A DNA stretch of 64,000 bases, from IMG/VR virus record IMGVR_UViG_3300021089_000003. The stretch is one strand, 5' to 3'. The notes beneath the pieces were generated by a model. That model ran no database searches. It had not been told where the DNA came from and was given only the letters and a program-made list of their open reading frames with translations. Each line of letters starts with the position of its first letter. Positions within the stretch are counted from its first letter, which is position 1. The DNA is from an uncultured virus (IMG/VR IMGVR_UViG_3300021089_000003) (lineage: Duplodnaviria > Heunggongvirae > Uroviricota > Caudoviricetes). Below are positions 47,053 to 56,822 of the stretch, piece after piece. A program made the position numbers and the translations under genes.

Positions 47053-48412
47053 ATTTGAAGCACTTACAAAAGAAAAGTCTAAAATTGCATTTATTTGTTT
47101 AGACACAATGTATAAAATTCAAAGGACTTGGACTAAAGAATTAATTAAAAATATTGCAGATTATCAAGTGCAAAATATTACTAGCAATGGATATGATTTG
47201 TTAACTGCAATATCAGAAGAAAATGGTCTAAAACAATCTGAAAAAGATTATACTCACGCAGTAATTTATACAGTAGATACAGAATTTGAAGGGGATAAAT
47301 TTTTTAAATATTTGGAAGAATTAGTTAAAACAGATTTCTTTATAGCAGGACATATACTAGATAGAAAAGAAGGATACTATGAACTTCATGAACAATGTTA
47401 TGTTATCAATTTAAAAAAATGGGTTGAATATGATTATCCAGATATAGGTGCAGAAGTAGAAAACGAAAAGCACTTAAAAGCAGTACCTATTAGAAGTGAA
47501 GAAAATTATCATGATAACCATACACCACTTTGGATTAAACCCGGTAATGAAATGATAGAGTATAAAGATAAATGGCATGGCTGGAATATACTTAATATTG
47601 CTTTAGACAATGATGAGAATATAGTAATATTTGATCAGAAAATAAGAGATAGTAAAAAATGTTATTATGCTGAATATGATTCAGACTTTCAAGAAAATAG
47701 TCAAAGCATATATCAAAAATATAATTTTGCCGCGAATAGACTTTATTATCCTACTAATACAGAAAAATTACAAGACGTTAATATAAAAGGACCTGTTTCA
47801 CAATTGATTACTCCTGCTAGTGGATTTAATTGGTTATTATATTTAGACAAGTATGGACATGATGAAAATACAGAAGTTATATTTTATGATTATAATCCTA
47901 ATGCATTATGGTATATGAAAGAAACAATTAATGAATTTAACGGACACGACTATCATAAGTTCTTAAAAGGACTTATTAAAGATAAAGCACCAGACTGGTT
48001 TCAAAGTAAACAAGAAATTATTACTAATTTTAGTAAAGTTGCTAAATTGTGGCATTTAAAAGATGATATAAAAATGCAATTTGTTCAATGCGATTTATTA
48101 AATGAATTTAATATAGATATTAATAATGATGAAAATACAATTTTTAATATTAGTAATATTTTTGCTTATGAACCTACAGTAGCTTTTATTACTGTTAAAC
48201 AAAGATTAGAAAAAGAAAACAAATTATTGCGTATATTAAAAGAAAAAAGTCCTAAAATACAATTAGTTGCTTCAGTTCATGCTTGGGATGGCTTGGCAGA
48301 TTATAAACGACATACTGGCCCAGTAGAAAAATTTGAAGAAATGGATCTTGAAGATTTAAAGGCTCCACTATGGAGATTTGGAGAGGATTGGAAAAATTTA
48401 GATGAAAAATAA
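47042..48412 (+). CDS. Two-domain protein with a C-terminal SAM-binding (DUF3419/BtaA-like) domain
   Basis: PASGFNWLLYL..VIFYDYNPNAL..VQCDLL..ISNIF. Confidence 0.4.
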   Translation: MAYKFEALTKEKSKIAFICLDTMYKIQRTWTKELIKNIADYQVQNITSNGYDLLTAISEENGLKQSEKDYTHAVIYTVDTEFEGDKFFKYLEELVKTDFFIAGHILDRKEGYYELHEQCYVINLKKWVEYDYPDIGAEVENEKHLKAVPIRSEENYHDNHTPLWIKPGNEMIEYKDKWHGWNILNIALDNDENIVIFDQKIRDSKKCYYAEYDSDFQENSQSIYQKYNFAANRLYYPTNTEKLQDVNIKGPVSQLITPASGFNWLLYLDKYGHDENTEVIFYDYNPNALWYMKETINEFNGHDYHKFLKGLIKDKAPDWFQSKQEIITNFSKVAKLWHLKDDIKMQFVQCDLLNEFNIDINNDENTIFNISNIFAYEPTVAFITVKQRLEKENKLLRILKEKSPKIQLVASVHAWDGLADYKRHTGPVEKFEEMDLEDLKAPLWRFGEDWKNLDEK

Positions 48413-49667
48413 AAGTTGTACGTTTTGTATGCACCCTTTTACAGGTCTTGCTACTAGAGAAGATGGCGCAATTAAAGTATGTTGCAGAAGTCTTCCTATT
48501 GGTAATATTAAAAACGAAACTTTAGAAGAAGTGTGGAATGGTGAAAATATGCGTGAAGTTAGACGTCAAGTATTAAGCGATGAACGTCCTGACGTATGTA
48601 AACCGTGTTTTGACCTAGAAGACCAAGGAGTACAAAGTTTAAGACAAAGACATATTGCAGATAATATGCCAGAATCTAGAGTTAATCTTTACCCTGACGC
48701 ACTTAAAAGTCTTACTACAGATATGACAATGCCTTTTGAATTACCTACTATTGAAATTAAAATTAATAACTTATGTAATTTAAAATGTCGTATGTGCAAT
48801 CCGTTAGATAGTACGCAATGGAAAGATTGGAATAGTATTGTAGAACATTATAAAAAAGAAGACAATTATCTTGTTAAAGCAGTAGAAGATTTAGGTCTTA
48901 CAAAAGCACCATATGTTGGATTATTTGATGATAAAAAAGAATTTTGGGATAGTTTAAGAAAGCTATTACCTTATTTTAAAAGAGTAGAATTTGCTGGAGG
49001 AGAACCATTAATGGATCCAATGCATTATAAAATTTTAGATCTTCTTAGTGAGAATGGAAAAAATATAGAAATAAAATATGCAACAAATGGCACAGTTTTA
49101 GGAATAAAGGGAAGATGGATTAAAGACTATTGGCCAAAATTTAAAAGCGTAGCTGTCAATGTTAGTATTGATGGGATAGATGAAGTATATGAATATGTTA
49201 GATCCAATGGAAAGTTTAAAGATATTGTAGAGAATGTTAGAATAATGAAAAATATACCTACAGTAAGTAGAATTGTAGGAGCATTTACAGTACAATCCAA
49301 TAATATAATGCAAATAGACAAAGTAATTGACTATTTTTTAAACAAATTAGAAATTGTATTTTACAGTCATAGGGTACAATACCCTAGAGCCTTAAGTGCC
49401 CAAGTATTACCAAAGGAATTAAAAGATAAAGTTATAGCAAAATTAGAATTAATGAAGGACAAAGTTAAAGAATATAGGTTAGTTAAAGAACATCCAGTAT
49501 TAGAAAAAATTACATTACAACAAATTCAGGATAATATTAATTTTCTTAAAGCAAGAGATCTAAACAAGTATTGGAAAGATTGTGTAGATTTTAATCATAG
49601 ATTAGATGAAACAAGAAACCAAGGTCCTTTTGAAAAAGTTATTCCGGAGTTTGCTCCATATGTATAA
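48402..49667 (+). CDS. Radical SAM enzyme with N-terminal twitch/SPASM-like Cys domain
   Basis: FCMHPF..KVCC..CKPC; core CNLKCRMC, AGGEP, TNG, SIDG. Confidence 0.9.
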   Translation: MKNKSCTFCMHPFTGLATREDGAIKVCCRSLPIGNIKNETLEEVWNGENMREVRRQVLSDERPDVCKPCFDLEDQGVQSLRQRHIADNMPESRVNLYPDALKSLTTDMTMPFELPTIEIKINNLCNLKCRMCNPLDSTQWKDWNSIVEHYKKEDNYLVKAVEDLGLTKAPYVGLFDDKKEFWDSLRKLLPYFKRVEFAGGEPLMDPMHYKILDLLSENGKNIEIKYATNGTVLGIKGRWIKDYWPKFKSVAVNVSIDGIDEVYEYVRSNGKFKDIVENVRIMKNIPTVSRIVGAFTVQSNNIMQIDKVIDYFLNKLEIVFYSHRVQYPRALSAQVLPKELKDKVIAKLELMKDKVKEYRLVKEHPVLEKITLQQIQDNINFLKARDLNKYWKDCVDFNHRLDETRNQGPFEKVIPEFAPYV

Positions 49668-50562
49668 AGTAGAACATTTATATGAAGAAGTACGGCAAAG
49701 TACCAAAATAGAATGGAACATAGGTAAAAGATGTAACTATGATTGCAGTTATTGTCCTGCAGAGATACATGATAATTTTAGTGAACATACAGATATAGAA
49801 ATCCTTAAAAAAACTGTAGATACTATTTCTAAAATGAACAAACCTAGAATAAGTTTTACAGGAGGTGAACCTTGTGTGCATCCAAAATTTACAGAGCTTT
49901 TAGAATATGCAAAACCAAAAGTTTCATGGATAAATGTAACGACCAACGGTACCAGAACAGCCGAGTATTATCAAAATATTTTGGACAATTATCTTAACCA
50001 TATTGTGTTTAGTTTACACTTTGAACATGACTGGAAAAAGGTTTTGGAAACGATAATAAGGGCAGTTAACAGCTCAGTTAATAAGAACGCTCTTGTACAC
50101 GTAATGATGCTTCCCGGCTTATTAAACGACGTGCAAGACGCTTGTAGACGCCTTTTAAATGGTAATATAAAGTTTAGTTTACGTCCAATTCGTTGGACCA
50201 AAAAGCATGACGATTTTGAAGATATGAATCGGTATAACAAAGAAGAAAAAAAGTTTTTAAAAATCCAAAATCATAATCCACCACATAACACTTTGGTAGA
50301 TGAATCCAAAACTTGTAATGTAAATGATTTGTTAATTTTGAAAACTAATAAATTTAAAGGATGGCTTTGTAATGCTGGTTTAGAAAGTTTAATGATTAAT
50401 TGGGATGGTGATGTACATAGAGCAACTTGCAGAGTAGGAGGAAGTGTAGGTAACATTTATAATGGTACGTTTCAATTTCCAAAAGAACCTATTGTATGTA
50501 CACGAGAATGGTGTACCTGTGCCGCGGATATAAATTTAACAAAATTTTACCATAAAAAATGA
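49660..50562 (+). CDS. Radical SAM enzyme (paralog of 43659)
   Basis: CNYDCSYC, TGGEP, FKGWLCNAG, CTREWCTCAAD. Confidence 0.9.
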   Translation: MYKVEHLYEEVRQSTKIEWNIGKRCNYDCSYCPAEIHDNFSEHTDIEILKKTVDTISKMNKPRISFTGGEPCVHPKFTELLEYAKPKVSWINVTTNGTRTAEYYQNILDNYLNHIVFSLHFEHDWKKVLETIIRAVNSSVNKNALVHVMMLPGLLNDVQDACRRLLNGNIKFSLRPIRWTKKHDDFEDMNRYNKEEKKFLKIQNHNPPHNTLVDESKTCNVNDLLILKTNKFKGWLCNAGLESLMINWDGDVHRATCRVGGSVGNIYNGTFQFPKEPIVCTREWCTCAADINLTKFYHKK

Positions 50563-51539
50563 CAATAAACAAAATAACATATAAATTTCCTCAATTATTA
50601 AATGTTCTACAAATAGAATGGACTTTAGGTAATACTTGCAATTATAATTGCTCATATTGTTTACCTATATTACATGATAATTCTTTTCCTTGGATTAACT
50701 TAGAAAAAAGTAAAAACTTTATAGACAAATTACATAATCATTATACTGATATGGGTATTACACATTTTATTTGGAAGTTTGGAGGAGGTGAACCTACTCT
50801 TTATAAAGATTTTGCAAAACTATGTGAATATATTAATCAAAAAGAAAATAATTTAATAATACCTATAACAAATGGTAGTAGAAAAATGGATTGGTGGAAA
50901 GACAATTATAAAAATTTTTTTGCAGTGCATTTTAGTATTCATCCAGAATTTACAAAACCAGAACATATTAGAGATGTATGTGACTTTTTAATAGAAAATA
51001 AAGTAGATAGTATTTGTCATATAATGATGAAACCTGATGAATGGTCTAAATGTATGGATATAATAGATGTATTAAAAAATAGCAATAGAACTGAATGGGG
51101 AATTCAAGCTAAACCATTACACCAAGTTTGGGAAACCGATACTGCAAGTGAAAGAGACTTATATCCTTATACAGAAGAACAAAAACAGATATTTAAAAGT
51201 ACAATTAGAGCTCAAGAAAGAGTTAATGAAAAAGTAGATACTAGATTTAATAGAGATATGTATATGGTAGATGATGATCAAACATATGACTTTGACCCAT
51301 ATTGGGCAGTAGCAAATGATATTGTTGATTGGCGAGGTTATAATTGTAATGCTGGTATAAACAGAATTTATATTAACTTTGATAAACGAATGTATTTAGG
51401 AGCAGGTTGTAGAGTTTTATCTGAAGGTTTTACAGGTAAAAAATATGATGAAGATTTTAATTTTCCAACAACTAGTGTTATTTGTAATCAAGAAAGGTGT
51501 GTATGTATAGCGGACATTCAGGTGCCAAAAATAAGATAG
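50559..51539 (+). CDS. Radical SAM enzyme (paralog of 43659)
   Basis: CNYNCSYC, GGGEPT, GYNCNAG, CNQERCVCIAD. Confidence 0.9.
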   Translation: MTINKITYKFPQLLNVLQIEWTLGNTCNYNCSYCLPILHDNSFPWINLEKSKNFIDKLHNHYTDMGITHFIWKFGGGEPTLYKDFAKLCEYINQKENNLIIPITNGSRKMDWWKDNYKNFFAVHFSIHPEFTKPEHIRDVCDFLIENKVDSICHIMMKPDEWSKCMDIIDVLKNSNRTEWGIQAKPLHQVWETDTASERDLYPYTEEQKQIFKSTIRAQERVNEKVDTRFNRDMYMVDDDQTYDFDPYWAVANDIVDWRGYNCNAGINRIYINFDKRMYLGAGCRVLSEGFTGKKYDEDFNFPTTSVICNQERCVCIADIQVPKIR

Positions 51540-52198
51540 GTTTTTTCGGAGACAGTTTTGTTGCTCATTCTCTTAAAGATAATTGGATGGGTCGAATTGC
51601 TGATTCTTTAGATGCAGAAATTGTGAATACAGGTATAGGTGGTTCAAGTTATTGGACTGCTATTATACATTTTACAAAAAACTTTCACAAATTTAAAGAT
51701 TTAGATTATTGTATATTTGCTTGGACCGATCCTTTTAGAACATATCATTCAAAAGGAGATTTAAATCCAGTTAGTGCCTATGACGGTTCTAGTAAAAAAC
51801 ATAAAGCCACTCAAATGTTTTATGAAGAATTAGTAGATTGGAATAAAGAAAGATTAAATTTTCAGGCTGTTGCTTATTGGTTAGACCATGAATACTTGTC
51901 TAAAATGAAAGGAAAAATTTTACACTTATGGAGTTTTGGAGATACTAAAGTTGAACCTTGGAACAAAGCAGAATTAAAAGATATTAATTATTTGTACACT
52001 TGGAAACACGGAACAGAAATAAGAAAACCTTTGTATTATATTAGTTGTAGAACAGATCCAAAAAGAGCCTGGTGTGAAGAAAATTTACCATTTTTACAAA
52101 ATTTAGTTGGCTTCAGAGTTAATCATTTAGGGCCTGAAGGAGATAAACAAGTTTTTAATCTTATAAAAGATGTGATAACTCAGGAAAAGTGGATTTAG
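51497..52198 (+). CDS. SGNH hydrolase/acyltransferase-like protein
   Basis: GFFGDSF, NTGIGGSS and C-terminal NHLGPEG. Confidence 0.7.
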   Translation: MCMYSGHSGAKNKIGFFGDSFVAHSLKDNWMGRIADSLDAEIVNTGIGGSSYWTAIIHFTKNFHKFKDLDYCIFAWTDPFRTYHSKGDLNPVSAYDGSSKKHKATQMFYEELVDWNKERLNFQAVAYWLDHEYLSKMKGKILHLWSFGDTKVEPWNKAELKDINYLYTWKHGTEIRKPLYYISCRTDPKRAWCEENLPFLQNLVGFRVNHLGPEGDKQVFNLIKDVITQEKWI

Positions 52199-53579
52199 CA
52201 GATAATTTTCTTATACCATCTAGTTTAGTAACGTATTCTTTAAATCCTGGAAGTAGATGACTATTATCTTTTTCATCCATATGATCCATTACAGCCTCCC
52301 AACGTTTCCAGCCATAAGGATTGTGTTTCCAATATTCATCATCTTGTCTGTAGTTTTTCCATAACCATTCTTTAAATTCTGTATAACGTTCACGAACTTC
52401 TTGTTTATCCTCTTTAGGTAATATTTGAATACTTAAAAATGTAGGTATGTAAAGCAAGTGCATATTAACTAATCCACCTCCCATTTGTGTACCACCGGGT
52501 ACAGTTCCTAAATTAAGTTTTTTAAATTTAGATTCTACTTTCCATTTCATAAAGTCAGGTAAGTGTTTTACATTAAAAATTTGTATAGCAGTTGCTAAAC
52601 TTGTTTGTATATTGTCGGGAGTGTCGTCTAACATACGAAGATTCTTTTCTACGGTATCCCAGTTAGTTGGAAAACGTATATATTCATCTCGTTCATGACA
52701 AGCGTCCATGCTAATTGCAAATTTAACTTTCTTAAACTTGCTCCATAACTCAATTAAATCTTCGTCTACTAATATACCATTTGAATTATATCTTAATAAG
52801 ATTTTATCTTGATATCCTTGTCGTACAATTTCTTCAATAAATGTTTTATGTTCTCTAATCATTAAAGGTTCGCCACCAGCAAAATAAACTTGTTTTAAAT
52901 TAGGAATTTGTTTATTCATTTCTGCCCAAAATGTATCTTTTTCGTGCCACTTGTTATTAAATTCTTGTTTACCCCAAGACATTTGTTTTCTAACTGTAGG
53001 TATTGTTAGTTGAGGCATAAGTCGTTGCCAATCTGCAACCCATTTAGAACTGTCATGTGGTGAACACATAACACACTTAATATTACAAGTATGGCCTAAT
53101 CTTAAATCTAAATATCTTAATGTTTCAGGTACGGTTCCATCTTCTTGTGTTTGTTTAATTAATTCAGGAATATCTATACCATCTTTGTGCCATGTACCAG
53201 TTTCCCAAATACGTTTACTAACTACTCCTACTTTTTCTTCGTTAAAACATTTAGTACAACTAGCAGGTATTTTTCCAGCTAACATAGTTTTACGAACTGA
53301 CTTCATATATTCATTATTCCATGCTTCCATAGGAGCATCTTTTCCAAAGTTTGCAGGTGTGCCGTCTTCTTTTTTAACAAGGCCTACTTTATGGTCTTTA
53401 CCTGCTCCACTGGCATTTGCACTACAACATAAACGCATATCTCCATTAGGGCGTGTGGCAAAGTGTATCCAAGGCAATACACAAAAGGTACAAGAACCAC
53501 TAACGGATTCTATTTCCCTTTGCCATTTACCTAATTTAGAATCTTTAGGATTTAACCAATATTCATTACTTTCAGTCAC
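52161..53579 (-). CDS. Radical SAM enzyme with N-terminal twitch domain (paralog of 48402)
   Basis: FCVLPW..RLCC..CTKC; CNIKCVMC; AGGEP. Confidence 0.9.
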   Translation of the reverse strand: MTESNEYWLNPKDSKLGKWQREIESVSGSCTFCVLPWIHFATRPNGDMRLCCSANASGAGKDHKVGLVKKEDGTPANFGKDAPMEAWNNEYMKSVRKTMLAGKIPASCTKCFNEEKVGVVSKRIWETGTWHKDGIDIPELIKQTQEDGTVPETLRYLDLRLGHTCNIKCVMCSPHDSSKWVADWQRLMPQLTIPTVRKQMSWGKQEFNNKWHEKDTFWAEMNKQIPNLKQVYFAGGEPLMIREHKTFIEEIVRQGYQDKILLRYNSNGILVDEDLIELWSKFKKVKFAISMDACHERDEYIRFPTNWDTVEKNLRMLDDTPDNIQTSLATAIQIFNVKHLPDFMKWKVESKFKKLNLGTVPGGTQMGGGLVNMHLLYIPTFLSIQILPKEDKQEVRERYTEFKEWLWKNYRQDDEYWKHNPYGWKRWEAVMDHMDEKDNSHLLPGFKEYVTKLDGIRKLSAKSTFPELSHLL

Positions 53580-54390
53580 TGTTATCTATACCCCATTGTC
53601 TTTCTTTACACCAAAAACATTTACCACATACTGGAACATCTTTACCTGGAACATATGTTTTATAATCTAAGTTTTCAAATATTTCAGGATAAGTTTCCTT
53701 ATCACCTTCGCAACTTCTAGTAAGATTGAATAGATTCATGATGCCTAATCTCTTATATTGAGATACTATCCAATTTTTTTGTACGAAGGTAAAAGGATGA
53801 CAAGCCACGCCATTCATGTGAGGCTTTATCAATCGATGTAGATTTTCAACAGTATCATTTGTTAATATACTATCTCTTTCTATTAATCGGTCATCGAATT
53901 TTGTTTCAGGGTTTTTAGTAAGTCCACAATACCAAGCATCTAATTCATACTTGTAGCCTATATATTCTGCGTGTGATCTTAATTCAATTTGATTACCGCT
54001 TTTTAATTTGCCATATTCGTCTATAATATTTGGACCTTTAGAACCCCATTCTAAATCGGGTGCAATAAAATTTGTATGTTCTACAAACCATAAATCTTTA
54101 AACATTTCTTTAAACCAAGAAAACACTTGTTTAAAAACATATTGTTGCCAAGGACGTGTTTTCCATAATCTAACATTATAGATTATATGTATTTTGGTAT
54201 AAAGTTTTTTTTGTTTAATTATATCGCATATGATATATGCCAATAAAGCACTATCACATCCGCCACTAAGGCTTATTCCTATGTTTTTCCATTTTGGATC
54301 CAAAGGGAAATATACATCAGCAACATTATGAATTATGTTTTTATAGGTACTATTTTCGTAAAGATTTTTTATTCGTTTTCTCATAGGCAT
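53572..54390 (-). CDS. queC: QueC-like PP-loop ATPase
   Basis: SLSGGCDSA, TRSCE and CGKCFWCKER zinc site. Confidence 0.7.
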   Translation of the reverse strand: MPMRKRIKNLYENSTYKNIIHNVADVYFPLDPKWKNIGISLSGGCDSALLAYIICDIIKQKKLYTKIHIIYNVRLWKTRPWQQYVFKQVFSWFKEMFKDLWFVEHTNFIAPDLEWGSKGPNIIDEYGKLKSGNQIELRSHAEYIGYKYELDAWYCGLTKNPETKFDDRLIERDSILTNDTVENLHRLIKPHMNGVACHPFTFVQKNWIVSQYKRLGIMNLFNLTRSCEGDKETYPEIFENLDYKTYVPGKDVPVCGKCFWCKERQWGIDNSD

Positions 54391-54397
54391 CAATTAA

Positions 54398-54441
54398 TAC
54401 TTATCGTAATCGAATATCCATATTATTTTTCACGGTAAATA
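54398..54441. promoter_or_regulatory. Divergent late promoters: TAAGTA (minus, 54398-54403) and TAAATA (plus, 54436-54441)
   Basis: 7 nt and 5 nt from their respective ATGs. Confidence 0.55.
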
Positions 54442-54446
54442 TTGGT

Positions 54447-55121
54447 ATGCTTACAAAGATTGGTATAACACATTCCTCTAAAGAAATATATAATTTGGTA
54501 AAACATTTAGGTCCCGGTAAAAACATTTTGAATAAACAAACAGGTGATTTCTTTTATGATGAATGGGAGTTACTTCCTGAATACAAAGGAACTAGTTTAG
54601 AAGAATTATTATCTAAAATAGGAAAAGTAGGAGAAGCAAGAGTAAATGTAATGAAACCAGGTGAGTGTTATTCTGCTCATGCTGATATAGATGATCGTTT
54701 TCATTTAACATTAGATTCAGAACATAGTTTTTTAACAGATATAATTTGGGCAAAAACTTTTCCTTGTCATGCAGACGATACTGTATATGGAATGGACGCA
54801 GGTAGATTACATACTGCAAGTAATTATGGATATAAAAATAGGTATCAATTAGTTATTAGAAAACTTTTAAGCAGAATGGATTTACAAGAACCTGCAGTAA
54901 TAACTTGTATGGCTCTTCAACCTACACCTTATAATTTAAGATACCTTTTTGATCGTAGCTTTTCTTGTTTATTAAACAAATTTAATAAGTTAGGAATAAT
55001 GACTAATTTTCAAAAAATTAGTGAAACGTCTATTAAGTTTGAAGTAGAATATGAATTTGTACAAGAAGTATTAAAATTAAAAGAAACTTGTGGATTCGGA
55101 GTGCTTATAGATTATGATTAA
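54447..55121 (+). CDS. 2OG-Fe(II) oxygenase, AspH-like, with C-terminal extension
   Basis: ARVNVMKPG..HADIDDRFH, HTASN...RYQLV. Confidence 0.75.
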   Translation: MLTKIGITHSSKEIYNLVKHLGPGKNILNKQTGDFFYDEWELLPEYKGTSLEELLSKIGKVGEARVNVMKPGECYSAHADIDDRFHLTLDSEHSFLTDIIWAKTFPCHADDTVYGMDAGRLHTASNYGYKNRYQLVIRKLLSRMDLQEPAVITCMALQPTPYNLRYLFDRSFSCLLNKFNKLGIMTNFQKISETSIKFEVEYEFVQEVLKLKETCGFGVLIDYD

Positions 55122-55725
55122 AATGAAAGACAAAGAGTGGGATCACTTTTATAAACCAGTAAATGCAGTTGCCAATGTTCTTTATGAACCTCTTATAAGC
55201 AAAGATAAAAAAGTATTTTGCATGAATTGGAACCCTAGTACTTACTTTGAAAATAAATTTTTAAATAATGATTTAAGAGAATATTGGTTTTTACGAGAAA
55301 TTAAATTTTTATTAAAATTAAGAGGCAAATCTTATGTACCTGAAGTGATTGATATTGCATATGATGATAGACAAATATTTTTTAGATGGTATGATAATAA
55401 ATTATTATCTACAGGCGATTGGCGTGAACAAATTAAAGAAATTAAAACAGATTTAGAAAATGAAGGTATTTTTAAAATAAATTTTTATCCACATACTTGC
55501 TATGTTAATGATGATAGACAAATTCATATTATGGATATGTATGGTTGTACAGATATAGATTCAAAATGGATTAATACACAATATTTAAAACCTCTTATGA
55601 TGGATAAACCACATAAAAGATTTACAGATTCAATAATTGGTGATGATTGTGATACACATAAACTATATGCAATTACTATTCAATCAAATTATGCTAAATG
55701 GCCGGGGGATTTTTTAAATGCTTAA
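55114..55725 (+). CDS. Atypical protein-kinase-fold protein
   Basis: FLREIKFL, YVPEVID, GIFKINFYP, IMDMYG. Confidence 0.5.
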   Translation: MIKMKDKEWDHFYKPVNAVANVLYEPLISKDKKVFCMNWNPSTYFENKFLNNDLREYWFLREIKFLLKLRGKSYVPEVIDIAYDDRQIFFRWYDNKLLSTGDWREQIKEIKTDLENEGIFKINFYPHTCYVNDDRQIHIMDMYGCTDIDSKWINTQYLKPLMMDKPHKRFTDSIIGDDCDTHKLYAITIQSNYAKWPGDFLNA

Positions 55726-56266
55726 ATTTGTTGGAAATTGTAATGATATAATTGATTGGAATAAATTAATTGCCGGACTTAAAGATCAAACACCTGCTTA
55801 TGTAGGTCCTAGACATGATGTAGGACATGAAGTTCCTGGTGTAGAAAAAGTTGCAGGGCAATTAAGAGATGCCGGATATAAAATGAAGCATGAAGGTGGC
55901 AATGCTAGTTGGGATATGTATTTGCCCGAAGTCAATTTTGATAAAAACGTAGTTGAAAAGTTTATTGACTTTGTAGGAATGGAAAAGTATACTAATGCAT
56001 GGATAAGCATGGTTAAACCGGGAGACGTTGCTCCATGGCATTGGGATATAACTGATGATGAAAAAACTTTAAATGAAACAAAAGAATTTGATAGGTATCA
56101 TTGCCATATTAGTCCACCTAGTGACGGACATATTTTAATTGTGGATGAACATTGTTTATATAAGCAAGAACAAGGCAGTGTTTATAAATGGCCTAGCAGA
56201 AAATCATGGCACGCCGGTGCTAATTGTGGATTAGTTTCAAAGTATATTTTTAATGTTTGGGGATAA
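55718..56266 (+). CDS. 2OG-Fe(II) oxygenase
   Basis: ISMVKPG..PWHWD, WHAGANCG..K. Confidence 0.75.
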   Translation: MLKFVGNCNDIIDWNKLIAGLKDQTPAYVGPRHDVGHEVPGVEKVAGQLRDAGYKMKHEGGNASWDMYLPEVNFDKNVVEKFIDFVGMEKYTNAWISMVKPGDVAPWHWDITDDEKTLNETKEFDRYHCHISPPSDGHILIVDEHCLYKQEQGSVYKWPSRKSWHAGANCGLVSKYIFNVWG

Positions 56267-56267
56267 A

Positions 56268-56822
56268 ATGAAATTTATAATGACAGGGCATACATCACCA
56301 ATAGGATCTGTTTTATATAAACACCTATTAAAGGATCATGATGTGACAGGAGTGTCTAGACAAACTGGTTTTGATTTAACAGAGTTCGATACACTTAAAA
56401 AAGTTGTAGAATTAAGTGTAGATGCGGATCATTTTATTAATCTTGCATCTATTAATAGTATTCAAAGTCAACTTCTTCTTTTAATCCATGATAAATGGAA
56501 AAAAGTAAATAAAAGTGGAAATATTATTTCGTTTGGTACCTTAGGTACTAAATTAGATGAAAAAATTCTTAAAGAAATAAATGGTAATATGCAATACTTT
56601 AAAGATAAACAGCATTTAGAAGCTATTCATAATCGTTTATGTATAGAAGATGTGTTTGGAGAACAACCTAAGAGTATTTTAATTCGTATTCTTAATTACG
56701 GAGAAAAATCAGGAGCCAGAGCAGGGGAGCCTAGTTGTAATGCAGATGATATTATAAGAATATTTGATTTTATAGTTAATGAAAAAATGTACGTAAGTTC
56801 AATAGATGCAAGAAGGATATAA
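56268..56822 (+). CDS. Short-chain dehydrogenase/reductase
   Basis: MTGHTSPIG, FINLA, YFKDK (YxxxK). Confidence 0.7.
   Translation: MKFIMTGHTSPIGSVLYKHLLKDHDVTGVSRQTGFDLTEFDTLKKVVELSVDADHFINLASINSIQSQLLLLIHDKWKKVNKSGNIISFGTLGTKLDEKILKEINGNMQYFKDKQHLEAIHNRLCIEDVFGEQPKSILIRILNYGEKSGARAGEPSCNADDIIRIFDFIVNEKMYVSSIDARRI

Noticed and set aside
53572..54390. Complete 7-deazaguanine DNA-modification pathway
   Set aside because: folE, queD and dpdA are not recognisable here; cannot be excluded elsewhere in the genome.
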